A stretch of DNA of 64,000 nucleotides from Dipteris shenzhenensis. Its lineage: Eukaryota. The position numbers and the translations under genes are program-made. The stretch lies in the NCBI GenBank assembly GCA_047967505.1, contig CM106538.1, one strand, 5' to 3'. This document shows positions 22,833 to 37,402 of this stretch, piece by piece; position 1 is the stretch's first letter; the number at the start of each line of letters is the position of its first letter. Below the pieces are notes generated by a model that was not told the origin of the DNA, did no database searches, and saw nothing but the letters and a program-made list of their open reading frames with translations.

Positions 22833-23685
22833 ATGATCCAAGTCCCATAGAGGTCGCCTAGGAGGGAAGGAAGAGCTCCCTTTGTGACTTGGGAAATAGA
22901 TAAACCATGTATGCACAATGAGCAGCCGAATAGACAACACTTCTGAGCACTTTGGAAGAGAAAGCAATAGAAAAAAGGAAAGAGACACTCAAGAGAGAGA
23001 ACCTGAAGTGACCTTCATTACCAATAGAGTGAGGCTCCACTCTAATGCAACTCAAAATACTACAAACACAAGGGAGAAGAAGAGATTTCATATGTACAAA
23101 CAGGGAGTGGAATCTCCAAGACTACTCATAGAGAGAGAATGAACTAGAGAGAGATGGACTCAAGAGTCTACATAAGAGAATATCTACAAGAGGGAGAGAA
23201 GGCTCATGGAAGAGGCTTGAGGAGACTAGAGCTACAACAACATGAGGCCTAATGGTGGAAGAGATGATGAACAAGGGAGAGGAGGGCTCCTTTTATAGAG
23301 ATTTTGTCACCCTCCACCCATTTACAATTGTTGCCTGTAGATTCCTTTCCCCATCAATCACATAAGTTTGTATGTCAACATCCATGTCCTTTTTGGCTAC
23401 TCTTGCCATGTGTCCCATCAAAAGATGCTCAAGACTCTTAAAATATTGAGAAAGTCAAGAGTCTCCCCACATGGAGCCCATATGGACCCTCTCTTTTCCA
23501 TATGTCCACATCCTCCTTATTCCACATGGGAATTCTAGAAGGATTCCTCTTGACTCCACACTCCTCCACATGCCTTCCACATGCTTGGCATGTGATCTCT
23601 GTTATATTATTGGAACACATGGACATGAGTGAGAGTGCTCTCAATGAAAGCAAGAATGGAAGAGGGAGAGAGAGAAACAGAGAGC
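22833..23685. repeat. LTR-like non-coding segment of unresolved affiliation
   Basis: Starts with TG where the Copia integrase breaks off; GA-rich with a 'ccttttatagag' TATA-like core typical of LTRs; no partner LTR identified. Confidence 0.35.
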
Positions 23686-26600
23686 CACACAAGTTTTGGT
23701 GGGTGCAAAACCACCCTAATCTTCTTTTTCATTCATTTATATATGTGTTTGAGTATTTTACATAAACGGGGTAAAGGCACAGTGACCTTTAACCCCCACA
23801 ACCTCCCACTTAAAGGACAATGTGCCTTTAAGGGAGAACAACTAGTGAGCATACTATCCAATGCCAATACACGACAATACTCAAACTGTTGGCTAGGTAG
23901 ACTCTTCGTGAGCATATCTGTAGGGTTATCATCTGTATGAACCTTGACAAGCTCTATGCGCTTGTCCTCAAGTACCTCCCTGATGAAATGGTACCTGACC
24001 TCAATGTGTTTGGTCTTTGCATGAAAGACCGGATTCGGTGCTAGCTAAATAGCACTCATGGAATCACTATGCAATGTCGGTACACCTATATGAATCCCCA
24101 AATCTCCCACTAGCCGATCAAGCCATATAGCCTCCTTACAACCCTCTGTGGCTGCAACATACTCAGCCTTTGTGGTAGACAAAGCAACACACTTCTATGC
24201 ACAAGACATCCACGACACTGCACCACCTGCAAAGGTGAACCTACTATCCACATGCCCTTATCCACATGCCCTGCATAGTCTGAATCTGTGTACCCAAGTA
24301 CATGCATGTCTCCTTTACCAAAGCAGATGCACATCTCCTTGGTACCCTTCATGTACCTCATGATGCACTTAACTGCCTCCCAATGCCTCTTTCCTGGATT
24401 AGCCATATACCGGCTAACAACTCCCACTGCAAATGCAATGTCTGGTCTAGTAGCTATCATAGCATACATAAGACTCCCAACTGCTGATGCATAAGGAACC
24501 TTGGCCATCATGGCCCTTTCCTCATCTGATTTGGGACTATCTGTATGACTCAGTTCCACATATGGAGGCAATGGAGTACTCACTACCTTCCCCCCCTCCA
24601 TATTGAAACGCTGCAATACTTTTGTAACATACTCTTTCTGTGAAAGCCAAAGGAGTTTCCTACTCCGATCACGCGTGATGCGCATACCAAGAATATGACC
24701 TGCAAGTCCCAAATCCTTCATATTAAAGGCCTCGTGCAACTTGGCCTTCAATGCATCTAGCTCATAAGTATTCTTGCTACCCAATAGCATATCATCCACG
24801 TATAGTGCCAGGATTATTAGGCTATTATCCTTAGCCCTTTTATTGTAGAGACAGTGATCAATTTCACTCCTTCTAAAACCCTGGGACCGAATGAAAGCAT
24901 CAAACTTTTGATACCATTCTCTAGGCGCATGCTTAAGACCATAGAGACTCTTCTTCAGCTTGCAAACTAAATGTTCTTTGCCCTTTTCTTCAAAGCCTTC
25001 CGGCTACACCATGGAAATTTTCTCATGCAAATCCCCCCATGCAAGAAAGCTATCTTGACATCCATCTGCATAAGCTCCATATCCTCTGCTGCCACTAGTC
25101 CAAGCATGCATCTAAGTGTGGTCATCTTCACAACCGGAGAGAATATCTCATCAAAGTCCACACCCTTCCCTTGCTTGAACACTTTAGCGACTAAATTGGC
25201 CTTGTACCTAGGCACATCATCACCTATGACCTTCATCTTGTAGACCCATTTACATGGCAATGCTTTCTTTCCATGTGGCAAAGAAACCAAGTCCCAAGTC
25301 TTATTCTTCATAAGTGAACTCATCTCTAATTGCATAGCATACTCCCACTTGCATTGATCCTCATCATAGCCTCTCTGTAGCAAGAAGGCTCCCTGCAATC
25401 AGTAAGCATCACACAGTCTACCCCTGGAACAAACCTATCAGGCGGTCTAGACACTCTAGATGATCTTCTCAAGGGCATTTCAGCTTGCTGTCCCACCTTC
25501 ATATCAGCCACATTTGGCTTATCATTTCCACCAATAGATGATCCATCATCTACCCTTGATTGTATACCTGTGGGAGTATTTGGTGGTACCATTTCTTGCA
25601 CATTAAGTGCATGGACAGCTTGCTGTCTATCAACATATGCAGATGGATTCACATCCTGGAAAGTGATTCTCCTCATTTCCACATCCCTCATGGGTGCCTT
25701 ATGCATCTTCTTCTCATTGAAGACTACATCATGGCTGCATATGATTTTCTTTGCTTCTGGATCCCAGAGACGATAGCCCATCTCTCCACTTTCACCATAA
25801 CCCAGAAAGATGCATTTCCTAGACTTAGGATATAGCTTCTTTCGAAGCTCTTCTGGCACATGTGCATATGCCTTACACCCAAATATATGCAAATGAGAGT
25901 AAGAGGGCTTCTTGCCACTCCATGCCTCTTCAGGAATACCACCATCCAAACTCTTACTAGGTGATCTATTGATCACATGCACTGTAGTCTTCATTACCTT
26001 AGCCCAAAAACCACTAGAAAGACTTGCATTGGAAAGCATGCATTGCAACCTTTCTTGAATGGTACGATTCATCTTTTCTGCAACTGGATTTTGCTCTGGA
26101 GTACGAGGGGATGTGAGCTCCCTCTTAATCCCACATGTATCACAGAAATGCTGAAAGTCATGAGAGAGATACTCTCCACCATTGTCAGTCCATAGGCATT
26201 TAAGCGTTCCACCTGACTGATTCTCAACCAAGGCCAGCCATTTCTGAAATACTTGGAACACATCACTGTTCTGAGCTACAGCATAAGCCCACACTTTCCT
26301 AGTTGCATCATCAATGAATGTCACATAGTATTCAGCCCCACCTAATGACCGTGTAGGCATGGGACCACATACGTATGAATGCACCAAATCAAGCTTTTCA
26401 AACTCTTTCTTTCCCCTTCTTTTATGGGCTGATTTAGTCTGCTTCCCATAGAGACAGGCTCACAAAATTCAAAATCAGAGAAACTCAAATGCGGTACATA
26501 ACCCAAACGGCATAAGAGTTTCATTCCATTTTGGCTCATGTGCCCCAACCTACAATGCCATAAAGAAGTGCTTGGCTGCTCGGTTATTGCAACAACATGA

Positions 26601-29276
26601 TCAAATACCCCTGATACATGTAAGGGATACAAAGTCCCACACTTGGCACCTCTGGCCAAAAGCATAGAGCCCTTCTGAATTTTCCAACTCTGAAAGCCAA
26701 AAGTGGTGTGAAAACCAGCATCATCTAGCTGACCCACTAAAATAAGGCTCTTGGTCAACTTAGGCACATGTCTCACATGTTTCAAAACAAATGCAGACCC
26801 ATTTGCAAAAGAAAACTTTATGTCACCTACTCCCACTATGTCACATGCATAGTCATTTCCAAGATGCACACAACCTGTCTTTCCACTGTCATAAGTGGAG
26901 AACCATTCCCTATGGGGAGTAACATGGAATGAAGCAGCAAAATCCAAAATCCAATCCTGGGAATATGCATCATATGAAGTGGTAAGCAACTCTGCAGATA
27001 AACTAGACATGAAGAGAACGTCAGTCACTATCATGTGTGACTGCATTGATCTCCTCGATCTTCACTTTTCCTTTGTCCTCCCTTGTACTCTCTTCCTTCT
27101 GATTTGCACCCTAATTTGCATTATTTTTCTTATCCTTTTGCTCTCTTTTCAGCTTGTAGCAATCCTTTTTCATATGGCCCTTCTTGCCACAGTGGTAACA
27201 CTCAATGTTTCATGCTTTGGATTTGCTATGAGACTTCCCTCTTTCTTAAGGCTTCCCCCTGAACTGTGATCTACCCCTTTGCACATTTAAGGCTGCATCC
27301 TGCTTGTTGCCATTCATAGACTTTCGTCTAATCTCCTCGGCCAACAAGCTACCCACAACATCATCAAATTTCAGTACTCCACCAGGTGGAGAGTTACTGA
27401 CAGCTGTACAAAAGGTATCCCATGAGGATGGCAATGAACATAAGAGAAATATTACCTTAGTCTCGGCATCAAAATTCATCTTCTGAGCCTGAAGCTGGCT
27501 GAAAATAATATTGAATTCATTCAAGTGAGAAGCAATGGAGACCCCTTCCTTCATCTGCAGCTCAAACAACCTCGTCATGAGGTAAACTTTATTAGAGGCA
27601 GTTTCATTCTCATAAGTGGCACACAATTTCTTCCACAAATCTTTCGTAGTCTGCTCATTTACTACTGTGAAATAAACTGACTCTGCAAGATGAAGTCTAA
27701 TAGTAGACTTTGCTAATGCATCCGACTCATTCCAATCATCCTCAGACATATTTGCAAGCTTAGCTTCAATCCCTACCAAGGGTTTAATCTGCTTCTTTTG
27801 AATAAGCACATCCCTTATCTGTTCTTTCAATAAAGAAAAGTTTGTCCCATCAAACTTTTTAATGTTGAAAAACTCCTTTTCAGACATGGAAGAGAATGCC
27901 ATCATGCAAATAAAGCAAAATCCCAAATGCTAGTGCCTGTAAGAGAGAATCACACCAAATACCAGGTGTGCCCAAATGTGTATGCCACGATAGACTGAAA
28001 TATCACCAAAAGTCAAAGCTCAAAGCATCAAAAGATGCAGCTGACTCATGTGCATGTACTATGCATCCATATGAGCAAATCTGGCCCAAAAGAAAATGCC
28101 AACTGCAATGGCAATCCAAAATGCCAATAAGAGCCAAATGGCTCAAGCATAAACACCGTCCATGGGCATATGCATCAATAATATCTCATCCAAGAGAGCA
28201 TAACACTATCAGTGCATCACCTGCAATGTGTCAAAGCTGTCCCTCAGCATAATATAGCATCCATGTGCAAAGCGTCCATAAAAATAGCATCCCACAGGGC
28301 AATCTAGGCCTATCAGCGCATCCAATAAGAATTGCAATGCATCCAAATCGCCTATAAATCATCCACTGCAACCCAATGCACACCAGAGTGACCAGAGTGA
28401 TCTGCATAAGGTATGCTCAAGAAATCATGGTCCCACAGAAAAGACCGCTACTGAAAATAGAACTTAAGATGCCTCAAAACATGGGCGCCATTGCATAATC
28501 GGACTCAGCAAGAAAATCTGCAAATATCTCTCTTCTGTCAGAACTCCAAAATCCCAACCGATGAGTGAGAAATGGGAGTCAACACTTATCCACTGCCGTG
28601 TGGCATAAATCTAAGGTTTCAAAACCTTAGAATGAAAAATGCATAATAGAGAGATGAAATCGAATACACAGAGATCTATAACTCTAAAAATACTCCACCG
28701 AATTATGCAAGAACTGACAGGTAGGGGTTTTTGGGCGTCCGAAACGCAATGGGACAGGCGGTTTTGGAAACCGTGGTCTCAATCACTGGGTCCAACACAT
28801 GCACTAAAAAACGTTTTTGGAAATAGAGCTATTTGTAAACTTCACTGGAGTGCGAATGGTGAGCAACATAGAAGTTTTAGGACCTCTTGAGTCCACCGAC
28901 ACTGACAGATCTACAAATGGTTGCTCCAAACTTGAGTTCCAACACCTGGGCAGAAAAAACGCAGAAACTGACAGAGTGAGTCAGAAATCCAATGAAATGA
29001 TCCCAGATTCAAGAATGAAGGTGTTTCCAAGCTCTTGAAGTGAAGTGGACACCAAAAGCAAGCAATAGTTGCCTCTACAAGTCAATACAGAGTCTTTGTC
29101 ATTGAACGGAATAGGGAAAAGCTCAAAAAATGACTTTTTCTTTGAAAACACTTAACAGGCTCACACAAGTTTTGGTGGGTCCAGAACCACCCTAATCTTC
29201 TTTTTCATTCATTTATATATGTGTTTGAGTATTGTACATAACCGGGGTAAAGGCATAGTGATCTTTAACCCCCACA
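23686..29276 (-). mobile_element. Ty1/Copia retrotransposon (minus strand), degenerate
   Basis: About 115-bp LTR match between 23686-23800 and 29162-29276; PPT adjacent at 23801-23810; gag (27246-27926), protease WILDFAASFH, integrase (25326-26387), RT YVDDML and RNase H TKHIEVRYHFIRE on the minus strand; frameshifts. Confidence 0.93.
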
Positions 29277-32200
29277 ATGAGCCCACCTCTTTATATGACT
29301 CACTCTTCCTATTTTCTAAAAACCCCATAATATCCCATACACAAATAACTCTCACCCCATACTAGGGTATTTAACATTCATACACATGGTATTTACGATG
29401 ATCCATTCCACTCATCCTATCAATCCCATACAATATCTTAGAATATAGAAATAAGTGAGAGCCGCTAGGCTATCACTTGATACTCAAACTCTTATCAAAC
29501 ATAGAAGAAAGCAATACCAATGCCAAATTAAAAATATCAATTTTTGGCATCACACCACCCTGCTCAAGATCACTAGCATCAATTTACTAAGCGTTGAACA
29601 AGGTCAAGTAGTGGTAGTGTCCTCGAAGGTCATCACAAGGATGTAGGCAAAGGCCCTAGGAAAGGAAATGAAGAAGCTAGCAAGGAAGGACAGAACTCCC
29701 GCATCTCAAATTCCCAAGGCACCCTAGCCCCCATAGACCAAGTCCAAGAAGGTCACCAGGGTGGGTGAAGGAACGAATCAACCAAGACAAGTCAGATGAG
29801 GAGACAACCACTATTGCAACCTCCTCTACATTTCAATGAGCGCCTTCCCTTAGACGATCCTAGTTTTCCCACATATTCGGATGTAAACAAGCTAGTGTAG
29901 GCCCAAGGCGTCACATCTCCACCTTCTCATAAGGGAGCCTATTTAGACCCAGTCTTAGGGAACAATGCTTAATAAACACTCAAAACTTGGTATAGGAATG
30001 CCAAGAGGAATTTGAGCATAGACTCAAGGTCAATAGAGGGTTAGATACCATCCACTATGACCACTTGACCACTCATAGGGGAGCAAAGGCACTTAGGATG
30101 CTAGAGAGAGTGGAAGAAGAGGAACCACGCACCTCCAATAACTCAAAGGTTCTGAACTTGATGCAATGGATGTTTCAAGAGGACCCAGTGCTGCAGAACC
30201 TAAGAGAGGAGGAAGACCTCTATGGCTTTGAGGATCCATTATTGGTGGGAAGGGATACCTCCTAGAAACCACCTGATATTGCCAAGTTAATGGCCTTCCT
30301 TCTCCACAAACCTGTCAAGATGCCCATTGCATCCTTGTTAAGGGGGAATCCTACCCTCTAGTGAGACCTCTCAAGCTAGATGAATGGGCAAATGTTGGCC
30401 CAAGGTCCTACCAACCACACAAGGAGAGCCAGAACCTACTACCTAAGATTCCCATCAATAAGTTAGGCCAATACTTTGAAGATGATGACACTAATGCAGC
30501 TATCCCCATAACCTACCAAAAGGTTGACGACATCCTAAATGAGGGAGCAGGTGTGAGTGCCTGCACCAAAGAATGTTGGGAATGTAGGGAATAGCTTCTC
30601 TCAAGCGAACCCATCTGGTAGTACAACTAGCCAATGGTGAAACTACTGAACCCTTGGGAGTTCTCACAGGTATTTACATGAAAGTTTTGGCTTCACATAC
30701 CTATGGTTATGGACTTCAACTCTAGCAGCCCAGATATGAATCCATCCTAGGTAGGCCCTTCTTGCGAATGTCCGGACTCATAGTATCCATCATCCTGAAA
30801 GATCAACATAAAAATATGCAACGGAATGGGGTGTGTATGCAGCCAAAGTGATTATATTTGGACTCACCAAGGTGCCTGCGACATTTCATTGCAAGTTGAT
30901 GATCACCACCTTCAAGGAGTACCTAAGGGACTTCGTAGAAGACTTCTTGGACAACTTGTGCATGAATTCAAAATGGGATGATCATCTGAAATACTTGAAG
31001 CTAGTCCTTGAGAGGTGCAAGTTGTATCGAATATCCCTAAATATGTCAATTCTGGGTCAAACACGACCTGATTCTTGGTCACATGGTGTCCAAGAATAGC
31101 ATCTCCATGGATTACAATATCAAGCTCATTCTAGAGTTACCTCCCCCCATGAACATCGAGGAAGTGCAGTGGTCTACAGGCCATACATGTTACTATTGAA
31201 GATTCATCTTGTTATATGTAGACATAGCTCGGCCATTGTAAAAGTTGTCAGTAGTATTTCAGAAGACTGAGGAGTGTTAAAGGTCCTTTGAAGCCCTCAA
31301 GCTAGCTCTGGCTACATCACCATTATTGCAGGCCCCATACTAAAATCTAATATTCCACGTCCACATAGATGCCTTAAACTTTGTCATCGAATATTTGTTA
31401 GCCCAACCAAGGGAGCACAACTTGGACTACCTCGTGTACTTTTCCAGTCAGCAACAATTAAAAAATGCCGAGGTTAATTACACTACAAAAGAGAGGGAAG
31501 GTTTAGCCATGGCTTATGTAGTGAACAAGTTTAGGCATTACTTGCTAGCCAACAACTTCAATTTTTTGTTGATCATCATCAGGCCCTACTATATATGATT
31601 AACAAGCCCTACACAACGGGATGCATAACAAGGTGGATGCTAATTCTCTTGGAGTTTGACTTCATAGTCACGGTGTGTAAAGGAAAGACCCACATGCTAG
31701 TCCACCACCTCTTACAGAGAAGCTCCAATGGGAGTTGGGGATGACCTCCTGGATGCTCCCTTATTTCTCATTGACATAATTCTGGAATGGGCAGTCGAAA
31801 TAGTCTACTACCTAGCAAATAGGTTACCTATGGATAAAGTCCTCAAGAAGGAAAGATCCCGCAAACTCAAAAGACGCACTGCTATACCAGCTAATTGCAA
31901 GGTAACTCTACTACATGAGCAAGGATGTCATCATGCACAAGTGCGTGTGCAAACACGAATATGTGGACGTGCTCGAAGAAGCACATTTTGAGATAGCAGG
32001 CGATCACTTTGTCTGTGGACATTATGGCATGTAAGGTGTTATAGGCATGACTCTGGTGGCCAAACCTCTTTGGAGATGCACTTGAGTTTATCAAGCGATG
32101 TGATCCTTGCCAAAGAGTGAAAACTCCACATAAAGTGGATATGATGCCCCTAACAAGAATATTAACCAATCAGCCTTTTGAGAAATGGGGCGTAGATTTT

Positions 32201-33375
32201 ATTGGTCCTATAAGCCCAGCAGCTAAAGGAAGAGGGGCTAGATACATTATCTTGGATATAGATTATTTCACCAAATGGGTGGAGGGACGAGCACAAGGAA
32301 AGCTGATGCGCTCTCCATAGCTATGTTTTTATATGAACAAGTAATCGCATGGTTTGGGTGTCCCTTGGAACTAGTCAACGATCGAGGAACTCATTTCCTC
32401 AATGAAAATAGTGATCTTGACTAGTGAATTCATGATCATACATAGGAAATCTATGCCGTATTATCCAATAGCAAACATCCTAGCCAAAAGCTCAAACCAA
32501 ACATGATGCACGATTATAACTTGCAGAGTTGAAGCCAATAGTACCAACTAGGAGCACGAGCTCATCGCACCAATGTGGGCCTACTCAACCTCTTACAAGC
32601 GATGAACTCCACCCCCTTCAGCTTAGCCTTTGGGGTGGAGGCAGTTATCCTAATGGAGGATGTCGTGCCTAGACTTTACATCATAGTCAAGGAAAGGCTC
32701 ACTAAAAATGCTTTGGCAGAGCACTTAATTGATCTTGAATGGCTAGATGAGATGAGATTGCATGTAGCCTATTGCCTTCGAGTGGATAAGGCAAGGCATA
32801 AAAAATGGTTCTCGATCACAACCTCAAGAATAAGGACCTGAAGGAAGGGGATCTGGCACACCTCTATAGCATCCCCAACACTAAGCACAAACTTAAATAG
32901 AGGGGCATGGGTCCCTACCATGTAGTGGAGATTACTCCCCAAGGCGCATGCCGAATAGCCACCCTAGAGGGAGTCGAGATGGATGGCTACATTAATGGTA
33001 GCAAATTTAAAAGATACTATAATCCCCTCACTCTATAGACCCTCCAGGCCATACACAAGGTAAAGGAGCTCAAGGTTGAGGTAGTTCGGATGAAATGCTA
33101 GGCCATCGAAGAAGCCAAGTTATGTAATGCCAAAATCAAACAATGAATAAATGGCTTTGTTTAAGGCAATAGTAGAACACTAGGCCCGATGATGAACTAA
33201 TGGTAGATCCAACTAAGTTGAGTGTCCAATTGTAGGGCCTAGGTACAAGCATCGAGGCACTGGTAGATCCAGGAGCATGCCATAATTTCATCTCCCACGA
33301 GGTATGGGAAGCGGTAAAGGTAACCCTAACCCTTAATGTTGCTTTAGTTTGGGTTATCAACGGTCAAATATTAAG

Positions 33376-35320
33376 TACATTGGGGTATGTGGACTTGAAA
33401 CTAATTGTTGTTTGCTTAGGAGGTAGAGATTCATTTTTATGTTCTTCCCACCACAGAGATGACCGATGAATAGATGATCCTGGGAAGGACCTGGTGCTAT
33501 ACCGTAAGTTGCCCAATCGATTAGAGAGTGAGAACTGCCACTCTCGCGTACCGTTGGAGAACCTTAGTAATTACACTTTGTAAAGACCATTCCACTTCCC
33601 CTACAGTATGACCATCTGCAAGAGACAAGGAAATTTTAAATGAAGGCAATTCCAAAGCTCCAGAGACCTCTAGCACCCCTTGGTCCTATCCCCAGAAGGA
33701 AATCCATCCCAATGCCACTTGACGTCCCATCCCTAGTCACACGAAAGGAAAACCTTTGCCACAAACTACTCTCCCACCTCTATTTCCCACACCCAATACT
33801 ATGAGCATGCCCTAGATATTCCATAAAAAATGGGTGCACAAGGCCGTCCTTCGTGTGCAACAATACTCCAAAAGAGGACAATAACCTTGGAGGACCAAAG
33901 CCGTGGAAGGGTTTTTGACCCCTCCTTGCCCCATGCCAACATGGGCAATTCCATCAAAAATCTGGGCCCGATGATGCCAATCGCCTCACCAGCAACAAGG
34001 ACAAATTCCAACACTCCATGGGAAGAAGTTTCACAAGCATCGGGTATTGATAAAGCTCCTGAAAGCCCAAGGCTACTATCACCACAAGCAATACATTTGG
34101 GTTCTAAAGCTTCCAACAACAAAGAATATGCTCAAGATTAGTGGGGTTTGTAAGGTAGTAACACAAGAACCTGTGTCAACTCTTGAGGTAGTCCCACAAG
34201 AACTTACCCTCGAACCCAGCACGATGGACCATTCTGCAAGCCCAAAGAATATCATGATTCCAAGTATAGTGCAACTCAATGAGAAAGTCACCAAGGTCAT
34301 TGACGGAGAAACACAAGAATCAATCCCTAAAAGTGGGGTAGCTACACAAGAACCTTCATTAAATATTGCGTACATTGGGGTATGTGGACTTGAAACTAAT
34401 TGTTGTTCGCCAAGTGGTAGAGATTTGTTTTTATGTTCTTCCCATAGAGACGACTGATCAACAGATGATCCTGGAAAGGACTTGGTGCTATACCATAAAT
34501 TGCCAAATCGACTGGAGAGTGAGAATTGCCACTCTCGTGTACAGTGGGAGAACCTCAATAATTCTGCTCTATAAAGACCATTCCAATTCCCCTACAGTAT
34601 GACCACCTGTAAGAGGCAAGGAAATTTTAAATGAAGGCAATTCCAAAGCTCCAAAGGCCTCCAGCATCCCATGGGGTCTAATCCCTAGAAGGAAATCCAT
34701 CCCGATCAAAATCCCAGCCCTAATTGCTGTTAGGGAAAACCTTTGCCACAAACTACTCTCCCACCTCTACTTTCCATGCCCAATGCTATGAGCATGACCT
34801 AGAGATTCTATGAATAATGGGTGCACAAGGCCATTCTTCATGCACAACACTACTATGAAAGAGGACAACAACCTTGGAAGACCAAAGCCGTGGAAGGGTT
34901 TTTGACCCCTCCTTGCCCCGTGCCAACACGGGCAATTCCATCAAAAAGCTGGGCCTGACGATGCCAATCACCTTGCCACCAGCAAGGACAAATTCCAACA
35001 CTCCATGGGAAGAAGTTTCACAAGCATTGGGTTGCGACAAAGCTCCTGAAAGACCAAGGCTACTATCAAGGTGAGCAATACATTTGGGTTCCAAAGCTTC
35101 CAACAACAGAAAATACGCAACCTCAACTCACTGGGATTCGTAAGGTAGTAACATAAGAACTCGTGTTAACTCCTACTAGCACGACAATCCATTCTATGAG
35201 CCCAAAGAATATCATGATTCCACGTATAGTGCAACTCAATGAGAAAGTCACCAAGGTCATCGAGGGAGCAATACAAGAACGGACTCCTAAAAGCAGGGTA
35301 GTTACACAAGAACCTTCATC
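33376..35320 (+). repeat. About 1-kb tandem duplication inside the Gypsy 3' region
   Basis: 'tacattggggtatgtggacttgaaactaattgttgtt' starts at both 33376 and 34371 and the two units stay collinear (paired ORFs 33830 and 34874). Confidence 0.9.
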
Positions 35321-37402
35321 CAAGCCCATGTGAACATCATCAGAAGTCACCATACTTAGGGTAGCACCCACGGTGTCACCCGAACCTACTCCTATCAAAT
35401 CAAAGGCCGCAGTACCACAAGAACCTGCCCCTGCTTTGGGTATAGCCACACACGAACACACACCTTGTTTTGAGAGAGGTCCATCAAAGTGAATGCCGCA
35501 AAGCCAATACACACCTGACAACCAGGATGATGGACAAACTCAGCACGTGCTATACCTAGTTGATGGCGAGCTATGCTGCTATTCGACATTCAACTCCATA
35601 GCATTTCACATAATTGATCCTTCCTTAAGGTGCACAATCATCAAGCCCATGTCTAGGTGAGTTTGCACAATAGGCATATCACACACATGCACCAGCAACT
35701 CACAAGTCTTTGGTATTCCACAATGCACCCACCCACATTCATGCTCAGCATTAGGTGAATACGGCCAATACATTTTTGTATTTTTACATTTTTTGCATCC
35801 TTGCATGCTTACCTCATGAGTCTATGCATCCCAAGTCTACCCTGTTTCCTCTTCTGGGCAGCACCCTCAGCATCAGCAACCCCCCCTCAACAACTCTGAC
35901 AATTGTTAACCCAACAACCCGTCGCTATACTTTCTTTTGTCACCGACTCTTCCTCTTCTCCATGGGTAATGCTCACAAAAGTTCTCATTTTTGCAGTGCA
36001 CCTAAGTACCGAATGCCTAGAGGATACAACGAAATGTCAGTCGAATAGTTATCAGAAGAAGACATGGAGCTCCAAATACTGGATGCCATGGCCCAACTCC
36101 CTTAGGTACTATGCACAATTTTGTAGTAGAGGCAAGAGCACGCCTCCCAACTGTCCTCCTCTCTACTACAAGCACAACTCAAGGCACACAAAAGCCACAC
36201 CCTCATTTACCAAGCAAACCGACCTAGAAGGAGCAAAGACATTGGCCACAGTGGAGGACCTAGAGTTTACTATTACAAAGCTCAAGGATGATCTCTCTGC
36301 TGGTGAATCCCTGGTTTAGACCATGATGGACCAGCTGGACAAGGGAGACTCAAGCCTCTGAACCACAAAAGAGTGACAAACACAAGGAAAGGTATGCAAG
36401 GCACAGGGAGGGATTTGACCAATAAATCAAGATGCCTCAAGACCTCCTCACACAGGAGCGAGCCCTCACCATTGCATTGCAAGATGCAAATGAGTAGCTT
36501 CACACCTCTAGATGCCCAAAGGACTCCATATTGGAAGACAGAGAGTAGCATGAATTCACAATGTATAGGGAGGTCTTTGCACAGCTCACCACCTACACAC
36601 TATCCCCACACACAATCCCCCAAATCGATCTTACCACCTCTCTCCCACCAAACACACTCTCAACCATCCTTCGCTGAAATTCGGACCAACCCCTATCACC
36701 CCATTCTAGCTATGTCCTACTTCTCCCTAGAGCTCAGCCTCCATCCCTTAGATCTTGCCTTAGCCACCCACCCCATTCCTTAAAATTCCAAGTGTGGTGT
36801 TGAGTAACCATCAAGTCCACCAATTATCCATAGGATGATGACATGATGTAGCTAGCCAAGCCTGTGACAAATTGAGCCCATGGGTCTGTAACCAAAGCAT
36901 ACAAGACAACATTGATTGGATGCAAACCTATGGCCGGGCTTTCAGTAGTTCAAACTCAAGGGAATTTGGTTGCCTATCACTCCATGACCTTCCATTGCCT
37001 CAGCATCATCATTTTATTCAATAGGTTGACTCACACGAGTCCTTGGTGAGCCATTTTGAAATAATTCATGTAGCATACCTCAAAGTTGTCACCAAGGAGG
37101 ATGGTTAGGAAGCCATCTCTGTTTTTAATGCTACAACCCCCCATAGATATTCCTAACCTAGATCCCACACACCCCACAAATCCCACCCAACCCCTCAACA
37201 ACCCTCCAATCCCATCCCACCTCCCCTTCCCTGCACAAACCAGCCTGAATACTCCTCTAACACCTCCAACACTAGTACCACATAGCACAGGATAGCCTGA
37301 ATACTCCTTTGGCACCTCCAACACTAGCACCACACAACATGGGACCTCCTAGTCCATATCCTTGAATGCTCCTATTGATCTCCTTGATACCCATGCTAAA
37401 TG

